Virus record (IMG/VR): IMGVR_UViG_3300023095_000006
Coordinates: 1 to 38,708 of that record
DNA: 38,708 bases
Source of the DNA: a virus
Taxonomy: Duplodnaviria > Caudoviricetes
Reading direction: 5' to 3' (one strand)
In this document: positions 25,905 through 35,815 of the stretch, in pieces
How positions within the stretch are numbered: position 1 is the first letter of the stretch
Layout of the letters: each line of letters begins with the position of its first letter
Translations under genes and position numbers: made by a program
The notes under the pieces: generated by a model
Database searches by the model: none
Told to the model about the DNA's origin: nothing
The model's input: only the letters and a program-made list of their open reading frames with translations

Positions 25905-26254
25905 TCTAGCTCCAACGTTCTAGGTTTTTTTAACGATAATGCAATAGCGTCACTCAAGATTTCATTCTGAGCGCATAAAGAATTATTTTGTAGTATTAAT
26001 TCTTTAATTACTTTCTCTAAATTTGAAACTTTAAAATTTAATTGCTCGATTGCGCTTTGCATGCAAATAGTTTGATGCAATAAATTATTTTGTTCGAACA
26101 TGAACTTTTTCGGGAAGCAGTCTTTGACAAGTTTCGGCTGCGGTTTATCGTGATGTGTCCACACCGATTCTACGTAAAATGGGCATTCGCGATCTGTTTT
26201 GCAGAAGCCTGATTTTACGAATGAGCAATTTTCTGCGCAGTTAGTACAGTCCAT
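25901..26254 (-). CDS. Cys-rich hypothetical protein with coiled coil
   Basis: CTNCAENC..C..CP..W..DC, followed by a heptad region. Confidence 0.6.
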   Translation of the reverse strand: MDCTNCAENCSFVKSGFCKTDRECPFYVESVWTHHDKPQPKLVKDCFPKKFMFEQNNLLHQTICMQSAIEQLNFKVSNLEKVIKELILQNNSLCAQNEILSDAIALSLKKPRTLELE

Positions 26255-26263
26255 AAATAAAGC

Positions 26264-26884
26264 CTATAATTTCACGCAAATGCGTCCACAACACGCTGCA
26301 GGCCTAAATGAATTCCCGTGGTTATGGCCTATGCCACCTCCGGCCGGAAGCGATTGTTGAACTCCTGACACACTGTTTTTTCCTGAACCTAATTTAAGAT
26401 CTGAGACACTGCTTAAAGTTGCATGAACTTCTACACCGTGCGTATGAATTGGCATTTCTAATTCTGTTAACGTGTGATTGTCTTGCTGCCATGTGCCATG
26501 TTGACCCGCGTTATTATAAATGCCTGTACCGCTGTTTGATATAACTGCTAAAACTCTGTCCCCTTGACCTGCAACTATACTCCACCCAGCAGGTGCATTT
26601 TGTGAGTAAAACCACATTTGAGTGCCTGCTAAAAATGCTACATCAGTAGCCAGCATTTTATAATTCTGATAATTTCCACCGCCCACATCTCGACCAACTA
26701 AAAAAACATCATTAGCTAGCGGGGCGTTTGTAGCTGTTGAGAATGTTCCAAAATCGAAATTATTTAGCTGAGCAACTGTTGCTTTTCTGTCATTTAAGCC
26801 CTGTCTGACTAAAATTAAATCGTTAGCAGGATCTATAGTGCTTGCAGGATCAAGTTCAGGAATGGTTATCGGTGGAAAGCTCAT
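26264..26884 (-). CDS. Short tail fibre / collar-type protein
   Basis: AGTQMWFYSQNAPAGW and HTLTELEMPIHTH..GGGIGHNHG collar/tip motifs. Confidence 0.75.
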   Translation of the reverse strand: MSFPPITIPELDPASTIDPANDLILVRQGLNDRKATVAQLNNFDFGTFSTATNAPLANDVFLVGRDVGGGNYQNYKMLATDVAFLAGTQMWFYSQNAPAGWSIVAGQGDRVLAVISNSGTGIYNNAGQHGTWQQDNHTLTELEMPIHTHGVEVHATLSSVSDLKLGSGKNSVSGVQQSLPAGGGIGHNHGNSFRPAACCGRICVKL

Positions 26885-26890
26885 AAAAAC

Positions 26891-27376
26891 CTACGGTGTT
26901 GGAATTAAACTTGAACGGCCATTAACTATAAGACTGGTAGCATTTGTTCCGCCTAATATTGGCTGATCGCCCGCAACTGTTCCGGTTCCTAGCGTTAAAC
27001 CACCTCCGGCCTGAATTGCAGATGCGTCAAAAATGGGAGCACTTAGCGCAGGCTTTATGCCGATAGCTCTAAGCCATTTTGCGGGATTCACGCTGTCAAT
27101 TACATCTAGTGTTATCAGTGCACCATTGACAGTGAAAAGACCTAAGCCTGTATTGCTTGTCGTTACGCTGTAGCTTTCTTGCTGAATCAGCCATGCAATG
27201 TTGTCATATGTTGTTCTTCCTACCCAGTTCCAATATTGACGGTTAGGCTTTTCTTTTATTGTCCATCCGGCTTCTTTTACTTCAATAGGTGGCTCAACTA
27301 CGTTATATTGCCCTGAAGCAGGATCTACTTGATCTTCTGAAGCCCATTGGGGCAATAAAAGAGGTTTATCTACCAT
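26891..27376 (-). CDS. Baseplate-anchoring tail fibre N-terminal protein
   Basis: PQWAS..NVVEPP..GW..EKPNRQYWNW motif directly after the baseplate wedge gene. Confidence 0.7.
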   Translation of the reverse strand: MVDKPLLLPQWASEDQVDPASGQYNVVEPPIEVKEAGWTIKEKPNRQYWNWVGRTTYDNIAWLIQQESYSVTTSNTGLGLFTVNGALITLDVIDSVNPAKWLRAIGIKPALSAPIFDASAIQAGGGLTLGTGTVAGDQPILGGTNATSLIVNGRSSLIPTP

Positions 27377-27378
27377 TT

Positions 27379-28140
27379 CTAAAATCTCCGTGGCGGAAAA
27401 TTACCGCCTTTCTGAATTAATTCCGCGAATGCTCCTGCCCAAGGTGATGGGTAATTTAATTCTGCAAGTCCGCCGTCTTCACCTGTTTCTTCAACACCAC
27501 CGGCATTTACTGCTAAAATCGGATTATCTACATAGACTTCCATAGATAAATTATTTAGTTGGCTAGGATCATCGCTGTTAGGAGCAACGAAAAGAGGCTG
27601 TACAAGGCTATCACCCGAAAAAACCAATGAGATAGGAACATTATAAGTAGCAACAATGGGAGCGTAATTAACGCCGGCAGGGGATAACGAAAATATTCCA
27701 TCGTTTAAAACATTCGGCGGGTTCGGAAACGTCAAACCGTTCGTTTCTAGCTGAAAAAATGCAAAATCTCTCTCAAAATAGCCGATATTGTCACCTTTTG
27801 TGAAAAAGGCAAGTGCAGCTATGACTTGTTCAGGCGTTCCACTTGAACTATTTATAAATATCTGAAATTGCAGTCGCTCTCTATAAGATTCATCAGATTC
27901 ATTGATATTGCGTGGCAATCCTAGCAGTATGCCTATCTCGTCTAGCTGCTGTCCAACAGCGCTTGAAAGCCAACGCTCAGTTTTTAGCTGCCAGTTGACA
28001 TCCTCAGCTTCCTGTCCTAAGCTGCAAATAGCCTTAATGAGTTTCTGAAAATTCGTTAAATCGCCATTTGGCTTCTCTCTGCGAAACTGAGAAACCAAGA
28101 GCGATAGCGTTCTTTCAAATGTATTTAGTATTTGAACCAT
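27379..28140 (-). CDS. Baseplate wedge protein (DUF2612 / P2 gpI-like)
   Basis: AVGQQLDEIGILLGLPR..DESYRERL..SGT..PAGV motifs; follows gpJ. Confidence 0.85.
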   Translation of the reverse strand: MVQILNTFERTLSLLVSQFRREKPNGDLTNFQKLIKAICSLGQEAEDVNWQLKTERWLSSAVGQQLDEIGILLGLPRNINESDESYRERLQFQIFINSSSGTPEQVIAALAFFTKGDNIGYFERDFAFFQLETNGLTFPNPPNVLNDGIFSLSPAGVNYAPIVATYNVPISLVFSGDSLVQPLFVAPNSDDPSQLNNLSMEVYVDNPILAVNAGGVEETGEDGGLAELNYPSPWAGAFAELIQKGGNFPPRRF

Positions 28141-30128
28141 TACACCACGCTCACATTTATTCTAGACACGTCCCAGGCTGAAACTTCTGTATCTGCGATT
28201 AAAATATTCGTCGAAACATACGTTGGAGTATCGTTTGGATTATTTGTCCTCGCAAGCTGAATTGTCGCGCTAGCAATCCCGGGAACCGTGAATACAGCTG
28301 CTTGCACACGCTGAATAATGACATCTGTTCCAATACCGAGCGTGTTTCCGTATGCTGCTATGGCTTGAGCTACTAGTTCTTGACCATTCGCCGGGAATGT
28401 TTCCTGAGGATTGAGTGTCAGAACAACTGTAGCGAACATATAAACAGGAACCCCGCGAGTAAAAAATATTTGCTGCGTGTTGCCTTGAGAATCAATGATC
28501 GGCACATTCGTATTACCGTAAGATCGAATTCCGGCCGGCTTTGTCAGCCATATCATGTCAGCGACTGCTTGATCACTTCCACCTTCCACAACTGCTTCAA
28601 ATGACTTTGCAGGGCGTCCACCGGACAGAGTGTAATTCGGAATTGACGGCCCTGTAATGTTGAATGAAATTTCTACGTCTTGACCGTCAACATATGTCAC
28701 TAGAATTTGATGATTGCCTGTGCCCATGACAACTGCTGATAATATGCTGTCACTCATTTCTAGCATTGCAGCAACACTTTGCATAGTGACTAGATTACTC
28801 ATTGAGTAGCCAACGTTTCCAACTAATGCGCCGTCAACATAAACTCCTATCACATTGCCGTTAACAAAGTCCTCAGCAAACGTCACAAGTGTAGGCTCTT
28901 GAACCATTGTGACGTTTTCAAACATAAAGACTGAAGTCACGCCCGGCACGCCTTGCAAAATTCTAGCTCTAATCGCTTCAAGTGTTGCACTGCCACCGAC
29001 ACGTAAAGAAGCATTCCTGCGCGCGCGTAGCTCTGCGTCCGTCTCTGTGTTTCTTCCAGTGATTCCAGCCTGAAAGTTCGTTAATGAATTCCATCCGGCA
29101 ATTGGCGTTAGAATCTCTGTCAATGAATTTGCAGGTACTGCAACAGGCCCGTAGGTTTGAGCAGCAAAAGGAACAGGCGAGCTAACAGAGCTAATGCGTA
29201 GTCCTGTGCCGACTGAAAGCGCGTAAGGCAGTTCTGTATTAACCGCTCTAACTGTAAAAAATGTTTCGCCTATATTCCAAGTCGCTGTTAAATTTGAAGC
29301 GGCATCAATTGCTGCTGCTAAAAATTGTGCTACTACATTTTGTGCGGGCACTCTAAATATTGTAGTCGCAGTAGGAGCACCAACACCATTGACCTGTAAA
29401 TTAGTGACAGAAATTGAGTAGCCTATAGCTGGCACTATGTCTATTCCGTTTTGCGCTCCGTTAACTGTTGCTGTTGCTACAGCAGGGGAGTTTGTTTGAA
29501 TAACAGAAGCTAAATTAGTCAATGTGGCTAGATTTCCGCCTGCATAATTGACTGTTGGCATGTTCACGCCATTAATGCGCACATTGACTGAGTTTCCAGA
29601 AACAAGATTTCCAGAAAATAAAATCGTTGGGAGCGAATAAATGTAGCTAACGCCATTGATGACTACTCGATATTCTTGCGCTGTTGTAGGACTCTCAACT
29701 TGAATCACGTTTTGAACCGCATTTCCACTACTAATAAATGCATTCGCTGTAGAGAAAAAAACCTGTCCGTTAGCTAATCTAGCTAGAGAACCAGCAGGAA
29801 TTTGGGTATTTTCTTGACCTGTCGCAACTCCAATCACTGTTGTTCTGCGAGCCGGCAGACGAGTAATTCCGTTTAGCTGTACTACGTTATCAAGTGAGAT
29901 GCCACTAGCAGAATTTGGATACTGACTTAAATAAACGTCTTGTTGATTTTCCCAGATGTCTGCAAACATCTTTGAGAAGATCCCGATTATCTGCCCTGTT
30001 ACAGATTGGGGATCTAAATTGATATCTCCGAACTCAGCAATAAATGCATTTTCAAGTTCGTTTTTGACTTCAATCAGTCGCTTTACTTTAAAACCTTGTG
30101 GCGTTACGCCGTATTCGGGAGTTGTCAT
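28140..30128 (-). CDS. Baseplate J / Mu gp47-family protein enlarged by inserted domains
   Basis: YGVTPQGF, ASGISLD, ETDAELRAR, VPGV and KPAGI motifs; 662 aa, well above the usual length. Confidence 0.9.
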   Translation of the reverse strand: MTTPEYGVTPQGFKVKRLIEVKNELENAFIAEFGDINLDPQSVTGQIIGIFSKMFADIWENQQDVYLSQYPNSASGISLDNVVQLNGITRLPARRTTVIGVATGQENTQIPAGSLARLANGQVFFSTANAFISSGNAVQNVIQVESPTTAQEYRVVINGVSYIYSLPTILFSGNLVSGNSVNVRINGVNMPTVNYAGGNLATLTNLASVIQTNSPAVATATVNGAQNGIDIVPAIGYSISVTNLQVNGVGAPTATTIFRVPAQNVVAQFLAAAIDAASNLTATWNIGETFFTVRAVNTELPYALSVGTGLRISSVSSPVPFAAQTYGPVAVPANSLTEILTPIAGWNSLTNFQAGITGRNTETDAELRARRNASLRVGGSATLEAIRARILQGVPGVTSVFMFENVTMVQEPTLVTFAEDFVNGNVIGVYVDGALVGNVGYSMSNLVTMQSVAAMLEMSDSILSAVVMGTGNHQILVTYVDGQDVEISFNITGPSIPNYTLSGGRPAKSFEAVVEGGSDQAVADMIWLTKPAGIRSYGNTNVPIIDSQGNTQQIFFTRGVPVYMFATVVLTLNPQETFPANGQELVAQAIAAYGNTLGIGTDVIIQRVQAAVFTVPGIASATIQLARTNNPNDTPTYVSTNILIADTEVSAWDVSRINVSVV

Positions 30129-30490
30129 ACAGGTAGTTCAAATTCCTTCAGCAGCTCTTCGCCGCTAATCGATCTAGCACCAAAATTTACGTAAAAAATG
30201 CGCGTATTTTTATTAAAATCTGCTGAGAATCGCGTTAACTCAACGATTCCTCGCGTATTGACGATTTCTTCTTTCAATATACTCTCTATTTGAATTTGAT
30301 TAGGAGCTTTAATAAAGAAAAATTCGTAATAGGGAATGCCCTGTGTGATGTCTAAATACCATTCTGCTAGGAAGAAACGCAGGCGAATAGCTAAATTTTG
30401 CGCTATCTGATTAGTGTCATCGACAAGCGCAAGATCAAAATTGGTAAAAACTAAATCATTTGTTATGGGATCAAGCGCAATATCTATCAT
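30125..30490 (-). CDS. Baseplate sheath-initiator protein (gp25/gp46-like)
   Basis: QNLAIRLRFFLAEWYLDITQGIPY motif. Confidence 0.85.
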   Translation of the reverse strand: MIDIALDPITNDLVFTNFDLALVDDTNQIAQNLAIRLRFFLAEWYLDITQGIPYYEFFFIKAPNQIQIESILKEEIVNTRGIVELTRFSADFNKNTRIFYVNFGARSISGEELLKEFELPV

Positions 30491-31137
30491 GTGATTGTCC
30501 CTTTTAGAGCATCAATACGATTTTGCAACAATAAAACTTGAGCTATAAATGCAGGGTTTAGAGGCCCTCCAAATGCTGTGCCCATTACCGCGCTGCCTTG
30601 AAGCAATGCCATTAGCTGAGATATCATATCTAAAACTTCAGTTACAGGATTTCCAATTGCAACAGTACTTGCAGTTTTGATCTGAATTGCTCCATCTTCT
30701 CCAATTTTTATTGAACTACCTGCAAAATTAATCTCAAAATCAGTGTTATTTCTATTAGAAAAGTCACCGTTGAGTGGTTGAAGCCCGGGAATAGCTATCG
30801 CGTCTGAAAGATCGAATTTACGTGGATCTTTAGGCGTCACTTGACCACCAACCGATTTCCACAAATCAATGGAGCGCTCAATAAAAATCAGTAAAACGTA
30901 ATCGCCTACGTTCACCGGAAATGTAATATTAAAGCTCGCTCCACCAGGAAACATAACAGGTACATTATTCAAAATCGGCATCGGTTGTTCGCCCGACTTA
31001 AAATTCTTGTTCAATGCCGGTTGCACAGTGGCAATATTCTTTGAAGCATCATAAGCTGTGATAATGCCGGGTAGGGCAGTATGCACATTATTAAGAACAC
31101 CCCAAATAGAATTATTGATTACGTCGTTAGGCGTCAT
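30487..31137 (-). CDS. Baseplate central spike (Gp138 N-terminal family)
   Basis: HTALPGII, VPVMFP, GDYVLLIFIERSIDLW and RKFDLSDAIAIPG motifs. Confidence 0.9.
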   Translation of the reverse strand: MTPNDVINNSIWGVLNNVHTALPGIITAYDASKNIATVQPALNKNFKSGEQPMPILNNVPVMFPGGASFNITFPVNVGDYVLLIFIERSIDLWKSVGGQVTPKDPRKFDLSDAIAIPGLQPLNGDFSNRNNTDFEINFAGSSIKIGEDGAIQIKTASTVAIGNPVTEVLDMISQLMALLQGSAVMGTAFGGPLNPAFIAQVLLLQNRIDALKGTIT

Positions 31138-32009
31138 ATGCTAGATACCTCAAAAGTCGATTCAAATTGCGGTCCCCAATTGTCTCCTTCGTGTCTAGCT
31201 GACAAAACTTGAAACACTGCGTTAACATCTGCACGCTGTGAACGTAATCTAATTCTATCGCCGGGAAGTATCTCAGGTCGCAACAATGTTTTGACTTTCC
31301 ATCCGGGCTCTGCTCTGCCATTTTTGGGCAACGGCTTATATAGATACTGGTTTTTATCTGTAAATCTTTCAGGCGTGCCTATCATTCCAGTATCAGCATT
31401 GATATCAAAAGGAGGTTTTAAATTTCCTAAATTGTAGTCTAGAATATAAAGATCGCCGTTTTGGACTGTAGGAATTAGATTTAAATAATCACATACTTTT
31501 TTGAGTGCATCTATTGCTAGCCCTGCAAAAGAAAAACCATGCGTATATGTGTAATTTTCTGTGGGAGCAAAACGAACAATATTTAATTGCATGCGCTGTG
31601 CAATGTCTTCAACAACGCTACGCGCGCTAGTCTCGCCGGCATATGAAAGACTAATAATGACATTATTTACAGATTTGTCACCGTCTGCGCAGTCTAGTGA
31701 TGTGATAATTTCAGGCTCTGCGAATAAATGCGAAACCTGCGTCGTGTCACCGATAAAGAGAACTTGCGGGCCGTTAGCGTTTCGATATCCGGCAGAAACT
31801 CTGACTTGATCACCGTACAAAGCCAATCTATTTCTCTTGTCAGCGCTCAAATTATAAACTTTAAAATTACAAGTGTTTGTCGAGCTTGAACGGCTTTTAT
31901 AAATTGAAAAAGTCATGCGCAAATTATCAATTGAAAGCAAACCGCGATAATTAAAACTTTCTGGATCTCTTAGCCTGACTTGAGCATTTATTACGCGATC
32001 AAACTGCAT
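31134..32009 (-). CDS. Baseplate hub protein
   Basis: KVYNLS, SAGY, DCADGD, TGMIGTP, LLRPEI and HEGDNWG motifs; likely start ATG 32009. Confidence 0.85.
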   Translation of the reverse strand: MQFDRVINAQVRLRDPESFNYRGLLSIDNLRMTFSIYKSRSSSTNTCNFKVYNLSADKRNRLALYGDQVRVSAGYRNANGPQVLFIGDTTQVSHLFAEPEIITSLDCADGDKSVNNVIISLSYAGETSARSVVEDIAQRMQLNIVRFAPTENYTYTHGFSFAGLAIDALKKVCDYLNLIPTVQNGDLYILDYNLGNLKPPFDINADTGMIGTPERFTDKNQYLYKPLPKNGRAEPGWKVKTLLRPEILPGDRIRLRSQRADVNAVFQVLSARHEGDNWGPQFESTFEVSSI

Positions 32010-32352
32010 TATCTGCCTCAAGCGCTTCTAATTCTTGAATCTCGCCATCTTCGTAGTAGAGCAGAAGAAACTTTTGAGACATGTCGAATCTGCCGATAAA
32101 ATCGCTAGCGCCGACAATGTTTTGACAAACTATATCGCCAGGCGGTAGGCCAAATGTGGCATAAATGCTAAGCAAGCTCAGATTAACAACGATTTTAACG
32201 CCGACTACTAACGGTACTTCGTTGCTATCTAGAACATCCATCGTCCAAAATTCATTTAAAGAATTCCAAGTGAAATTGAGAAAATAAATGACACCTGTTA
32301 ACTGAATTTGCTCACGCCATGCACTGGGGTCTTTGAATGGTATTATTTGCAT
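31999..32352 (-). CDS. Small baseplate/tail-tip protein
   Basis: FTWN..WTMDV..GVKIV..LL motif between the tube initiator and hub. Confidence 0.75.
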   Translation of the reverse strand: MQIIPFKDPSAWREQIQLTGVIYFLNFTWNSLNEFWTMDVLDSNEVPLVVGVKIVVNLSLLSIYATFGLPPGDIVCQNIVGASDFIGRFDMSQKFLLLYYEDGEIQELEALEADNAV

Positions 32353-33011
32353 TAAGGCTGCCTATTTTCTGTATAGTCGACAATGTTTCTCCAAAAATCT
32401 CGTAATCTCTCATAGATTCCACCTGGTACAGGCTCTAGATTCTGTATGCCTGCATCTACCGGCGAGCTTGCCTGATCTTTGAGCGTAGTAGGAGGGTCAT
32501 TGCGCATAAATGGAAAATTATTAGTTTCTGCGACAATATCGCGCGGGATTTTGTCCTGCGCTTTTGAAAAAGGATCGTTTTCATTAAGAAGTAGCCTAAC
32601 TGAAGTATCAATAAATATTTTCTGTAAATCAATGATGAAAGTCAAGCTCTGGCCTGTCTGCATATTGCGAGGCACTTGTAGAGCTGTCATAATCATGTTT
32701 GTATAGACTTTTATGCCTGTTACTACTGTGACAGGCTCTCGATTCGTATGTATGCGCACAAGCCGATTAAACGCGTCTACAGATCTATTGAAGGGCGCTA
32801 GAATGGTTAGGGGAGTGTCACTCACAATGCCGGTTATTTGAAGAGTTTCTGGCTCGTTAATCACGTGATCAGAAATAATGCGCCCATCTTCTACGGGATA
32901 ATTTGTAACGCGAGAATTATAGATGTGCTCTTCACTAATCGTAGCATCTAAAAAGATGCCTCCAATGTTACTTTGAGCGTATTTCTTGCCGAATAATAAT
33001 GATAAAACCAT
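32352..33011 (-). CDS. Tail tube initiator / Dit-like baseplate protein
   Basis: LDATISEEH..VTNYPVEDG..ISDH..VVTG..YTNM motif directly after the tape measure. Confidence 0.85.
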   Translation of the reverse strand: MVLSLLFGKKYAQSNIGGIFLDATISEEHIYNSRVTNYPVEDGRIISDHVINEPETLQITGIVSDTPLTILAPFNRSVDAFNRLVRIHTNREPVTVVTGIKVYTNMIMTALQVPRNMQTGQSLTFIIDLQKIFIDTSVRLLLNENDPFSKAQDKIPRDIVAETNNFPFMRNDPPTTLKDQASSPVDAGIQNLEPVPGGIYERLRDFWRNIVDYTENRQP

Positions 33012-34127
33012 TTATTCGACCTGTGGGTTATCGTATTGAATTGCTCTAAAAACGCCCCAAACACCTTCTCTAATTGCATCGATGACTTGATCGGTAATGC
33101 TTTCAGACTGCTCTAGATTTGTTCCAGCGGGTACATTGATTTCAACGTTATTAGTCACAGCCATAGCATTATTTCTAGCAGCAAAAGGATTTAGATAAGG
33201 ATTAACCTCATAGCCAGCTTCTCCGTTTAAATATCTCTGATAATCATCAGCAGTATTTATCGTGCCAGTCTGTTTACCAAGGTCTTTGAAAAAATCTGCT
33301 ACTTGATTAAGACCTGTAGCATTAAATGCAGGGTCTAATAATGCGCTGCCTTGTTCTAATCCTTTTTTAAGAAGATTTTTATCACCTGAAAAAATGCCTG
33401 AATAAAAATTAGTGAGTGATTCTAAATATTGGACAAGTTTTGTTAGTACAGGAAAAGCAACTATAGCTAGAGACTGCGCAAATTGATTGAAAGCTGTACT
33501 AAGTTGCGTCACCGCAGCGGTGTAGTTTTTTACATTCTCTAATGAATTCTCTAGGTTATTTCCAGCATTTTCAAATTTAATGACATTCTCAGTTAATAAT
33601 CCGATATTTTGTGACATTTCAGAGATACGAGGCGCTAAAGCATCACCAAAAATATTTGCAGCTACTCTAATGCGCTCTTGCTCATTCTCAATCTTAGAAA
33701 TACCTTCTAAAATCTGTTTGAATACGACTGTAGGGCCAGCATTTCTATCGATTTTAAAATTAAAAGCATCGGCGATCTGTGCTAACTCATTATTTGCGCC
33801 AGTTCTAAAATCAACAAAGAGCTTATTGACTGTTTTAAGAGTTGTCGCTATTTGAGAATCATCAAGCCTGAAAGTTTTTAAACCCGCTGATAATTGACCG
33901 AATTGCTTTAAAGACAAGCCTAAAGCTTTAGCAAGATCATCCGAATCAAGAGTCGCTTGTGCAACACCGTTGAAAAAACCTGTTATTTTGCTAATAGCGA
34001 ATGTAGCAGCAGTAGCAGCAAGAGCAAAACGAGTTCTGAAACCTGTAATTGCACTATTAGTCGCGTTGATAGCTTTTTTGTCTGTGACAAATCCGATTCT
34101 GACTAATAACTCTCTGACAATTGCCAC
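33012..34127 (-). CDS. Tape measure protein (short, 371 aa)
   Basis: GTG start, IVRELLVRIGF N-terminus, helical Ala-rich body; follows the chaperone genes. Confidence 0.85.
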   Translation of the reverse strand: MAIVRELLVRIGFVTDKKAINATNSAITGFRTRFALAATAATFAISKITGFFNGVAQATLDSDDLAKALGLSLKQFGQLSAGLKTFRLDDSQIATTLKTVNKLFVDFRTGANNELAQIADAFNFKIDRNAGPTVVFKQILEGISKIENEQERIRVAANIFGDALAPRISEMSQNIGLLTENVIKFENAGNNLENSLENVKNYTAAVTQLSTAFNQFAQSLAIVAFPVLTKLVQYLESLTNFYSGIFSGDKNLLKKGLEQGSALLDPAFNATGLNQVADFFKDLGKQTGTINTADDYQRYLNGEAGYEVNPYLNPFAARNNAMAVTNNVEINVPAGTNLEQSESITDQVIDAIREGVWGVFRAIQYDNPQVE

Positions 34128-34135
34128 AGATACGC

Positions 34136-34306
34136 CTATTTTTTGTTTTTAGAATGTTTATTCTGCATTGATTTTCTGTGATCTTCCATAAAGGCTGCTT
34201 TAATCTCTAGCGTGTCATGTGCTCTGAATAAATCGTCTAGGCTCCAATGAGTTTCTATCTCTTTCAATGTCGCTATTTTTTCAGTGACTAGCGTCCACAC
34301 GATCAT
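34136..34306 (-). CDS. Tail assembly chaperone, downstream part (lambda T-like), probably expressed by -1 frameshift
   Basis: Not in ORF track: MIVWTLVTEKIATLKEIETHWSLDDLFRAHDTLEIK...; its frame stays open back to the slippery sites in the upstream gene. Confidence 0.8.
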   Translation of the reverse strand: MIVWTLVTEKIATLKEIETHWSLDDLFRAHDTLEIKAAFMEDHRKSMQNKHSKNKK

Positions 34307-34326
34307 TTCGGCTTTTAAAGATTCGT

Positions 34327-34770
34327 CTATTTTTCTTTCAATTGCTGAGGAGGCATTTCTGTCGACGGGTTGAATATTCCGTTTAAAATACCTCCGGGGA
34401 GAAAAAAATCTCCGAAATTCACCTCGAGAACAAATTGCAGGACTAAAAAGAGCGTATTGAGATTTCCCGCAAATTCCATATCTAGCACTTGGGGGGTCAA
34501 CTCAAAATTATCTTTGCGAACACCTTGCATTAATTCCATAACTAAAGAATCAAATGTTTTTTCATCTAGCTGATTAACAAGCATGAGAATTGCTTGAGGC
34601 AAACATTGCTCCGCTTCTGTGATTGATTTACCTGACTGCGATAGCATAACCCCTGCACTAGGGCCAATCAATTTCATAAGCTTTGCTTGCATTGCTAGAG
34701 CTTTGCGAGCTGTCATTTGTGTAACGGTATACGTATTTCCGTTAATGACTTTATCTTCTGCTTTAATCAT
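34327..34770 (-). CDS. Tail assembly chaperone (lambda G-like)
   Basis: INGNTY..EFAG..VLEVNFGDFF motif between tube and tape measure. Confidence 0.85.
   Translation of the reverse strand: MIKAEDKVINGNTYTVTQMTARKALAMQAKLMKLIGPSAGVMLSQSGKSITEAEQCLPQAILMLVNQLDEKTFDSLVMELMQGVRKDNFELTPQVLDMEFAGNLNTLFLVLQFVLEVNFGDFFLPGGILNGIFNPSTEMPPQQLKEK
34381..34408 (-). promoter_or_regulatory. -1 programmed ribosomal frameshift sites
   Basis: In-frame heptamers T TTT TTT (34408-34402) and T TTA AAC (34387-34381). Confidence 0.7.
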
Positions 34771-35204
34771 TAGTTAAAAACTCCGTTTCCGCCTAGAAAT
34801 GTGTCAGCTTCTGCCATTTCAATGACCCACGCGCGGGTGTTAATCTCATTACCAAACACTGCATCAGGTATTTGCTGAATCCATGCTGTTCCGGCAAAAA
34901 TGATTGTGCTTCCGCTCATGTCTTTAATAAGAATCGGAAAAATACCGTTATTGCTCAGCCTGTCAGCTGCTGCTAATGCTGAAAGGACATCATTAGATGG
35001 TGATGACTGCGCTAAAGTAATTGTAGCTGTTGCGCCATAGTTATTAGACTTTACACGCGTAGTGTAACCGTCCGCACCGGTAGTTTTAGTAAACTGCTGG
35101 ACGTCTTGTGTAATTTCTAGAAAAGTTCCGTCAGCGTAACCGCTTATGGGTACTCCTCCAACGATAATCAACACTTCCTTCGGATTAAATGAGCTTACAG
35201 CCAT
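34770..35204 (-). CDS. Tail tube protein (DUF3277)
   Basis: FNPKEV..GYADGTF..GADG..TITLAQSSPSNDVL motif. Confidence 0.9.
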   Translation of the reverse strand: MAVSSFNPKEVLIIVGGVPISGYADGTFLEITQDVQQFTKTTGADGYTTRVKSNNYGATATITLAQSSPSNDVLSALAAADRLSNNGIFPILIKDMSGSTIIFAGTAWIQQIPDAVFGNEINTRAWVIEMAEADTFLGGNGVFN

Positions 35205-35206
35205 TT

Positions 35207-35815
35207 TTAGGGCTCCTTTTTATTTCTATGCAGATCTTTATGACATCCAACGCAAAGCCATTTAACATCTAAAGGTCTAGAGTAATCCTCATGATGACCT
35301 TCAATTCTTTTAAATTCAATTAAGCAATTCTCGCATTTTTTAGGCTTATTTATTTTTTTTCTATGGACGGCATCCCTTAAAATGCATCTAGCTTTGTATT
35401 TTAAAGGAAATTTTTTTCTTTGAAATACTGTATTCTCAATAAATGCTTTTGCGTTTTTTAAAGACCACTCTTTATGAGAAGCAATTTTTTTCTTTCTGAA
35501 TTCTTCATTCGACCAGTAATATTCTTTGTAATAATCTGGATTTTTTTTAAACCAATTCTTTGTGCTTTCATTTTTCTTTTTAAGCTTCTCTGGATCTAAT
35601 TTAACTTTTTGGTAATCTTCTTTCGATTTATTAGGATATCTTTTGCGATATTCCGCCTGTTTTTTAGCTCCTAATTCAGGATTTTCAGCATATTTCTTAT
35701 TTGCTGCTAATGCAGCACATTTTTTGCACTTTGCTGAAACACCCTGAAGACAACCTTTATTAGGTGAAAAATCATTTAAATTCTTTTCAATCCCGCAATA
35801 TTTACAAATTTTCAT
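35207..35815 (-). mobile_element. Free-standing HNH-type homing endonuclease gene between sheath and tube
   Basis: KICKYC..CKKC N-terminal finger; CENC..EGHHEDYSRPLDVKWLCVGCHKDLH; AT-rich compared with its flanks. Confidence 0.75.
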
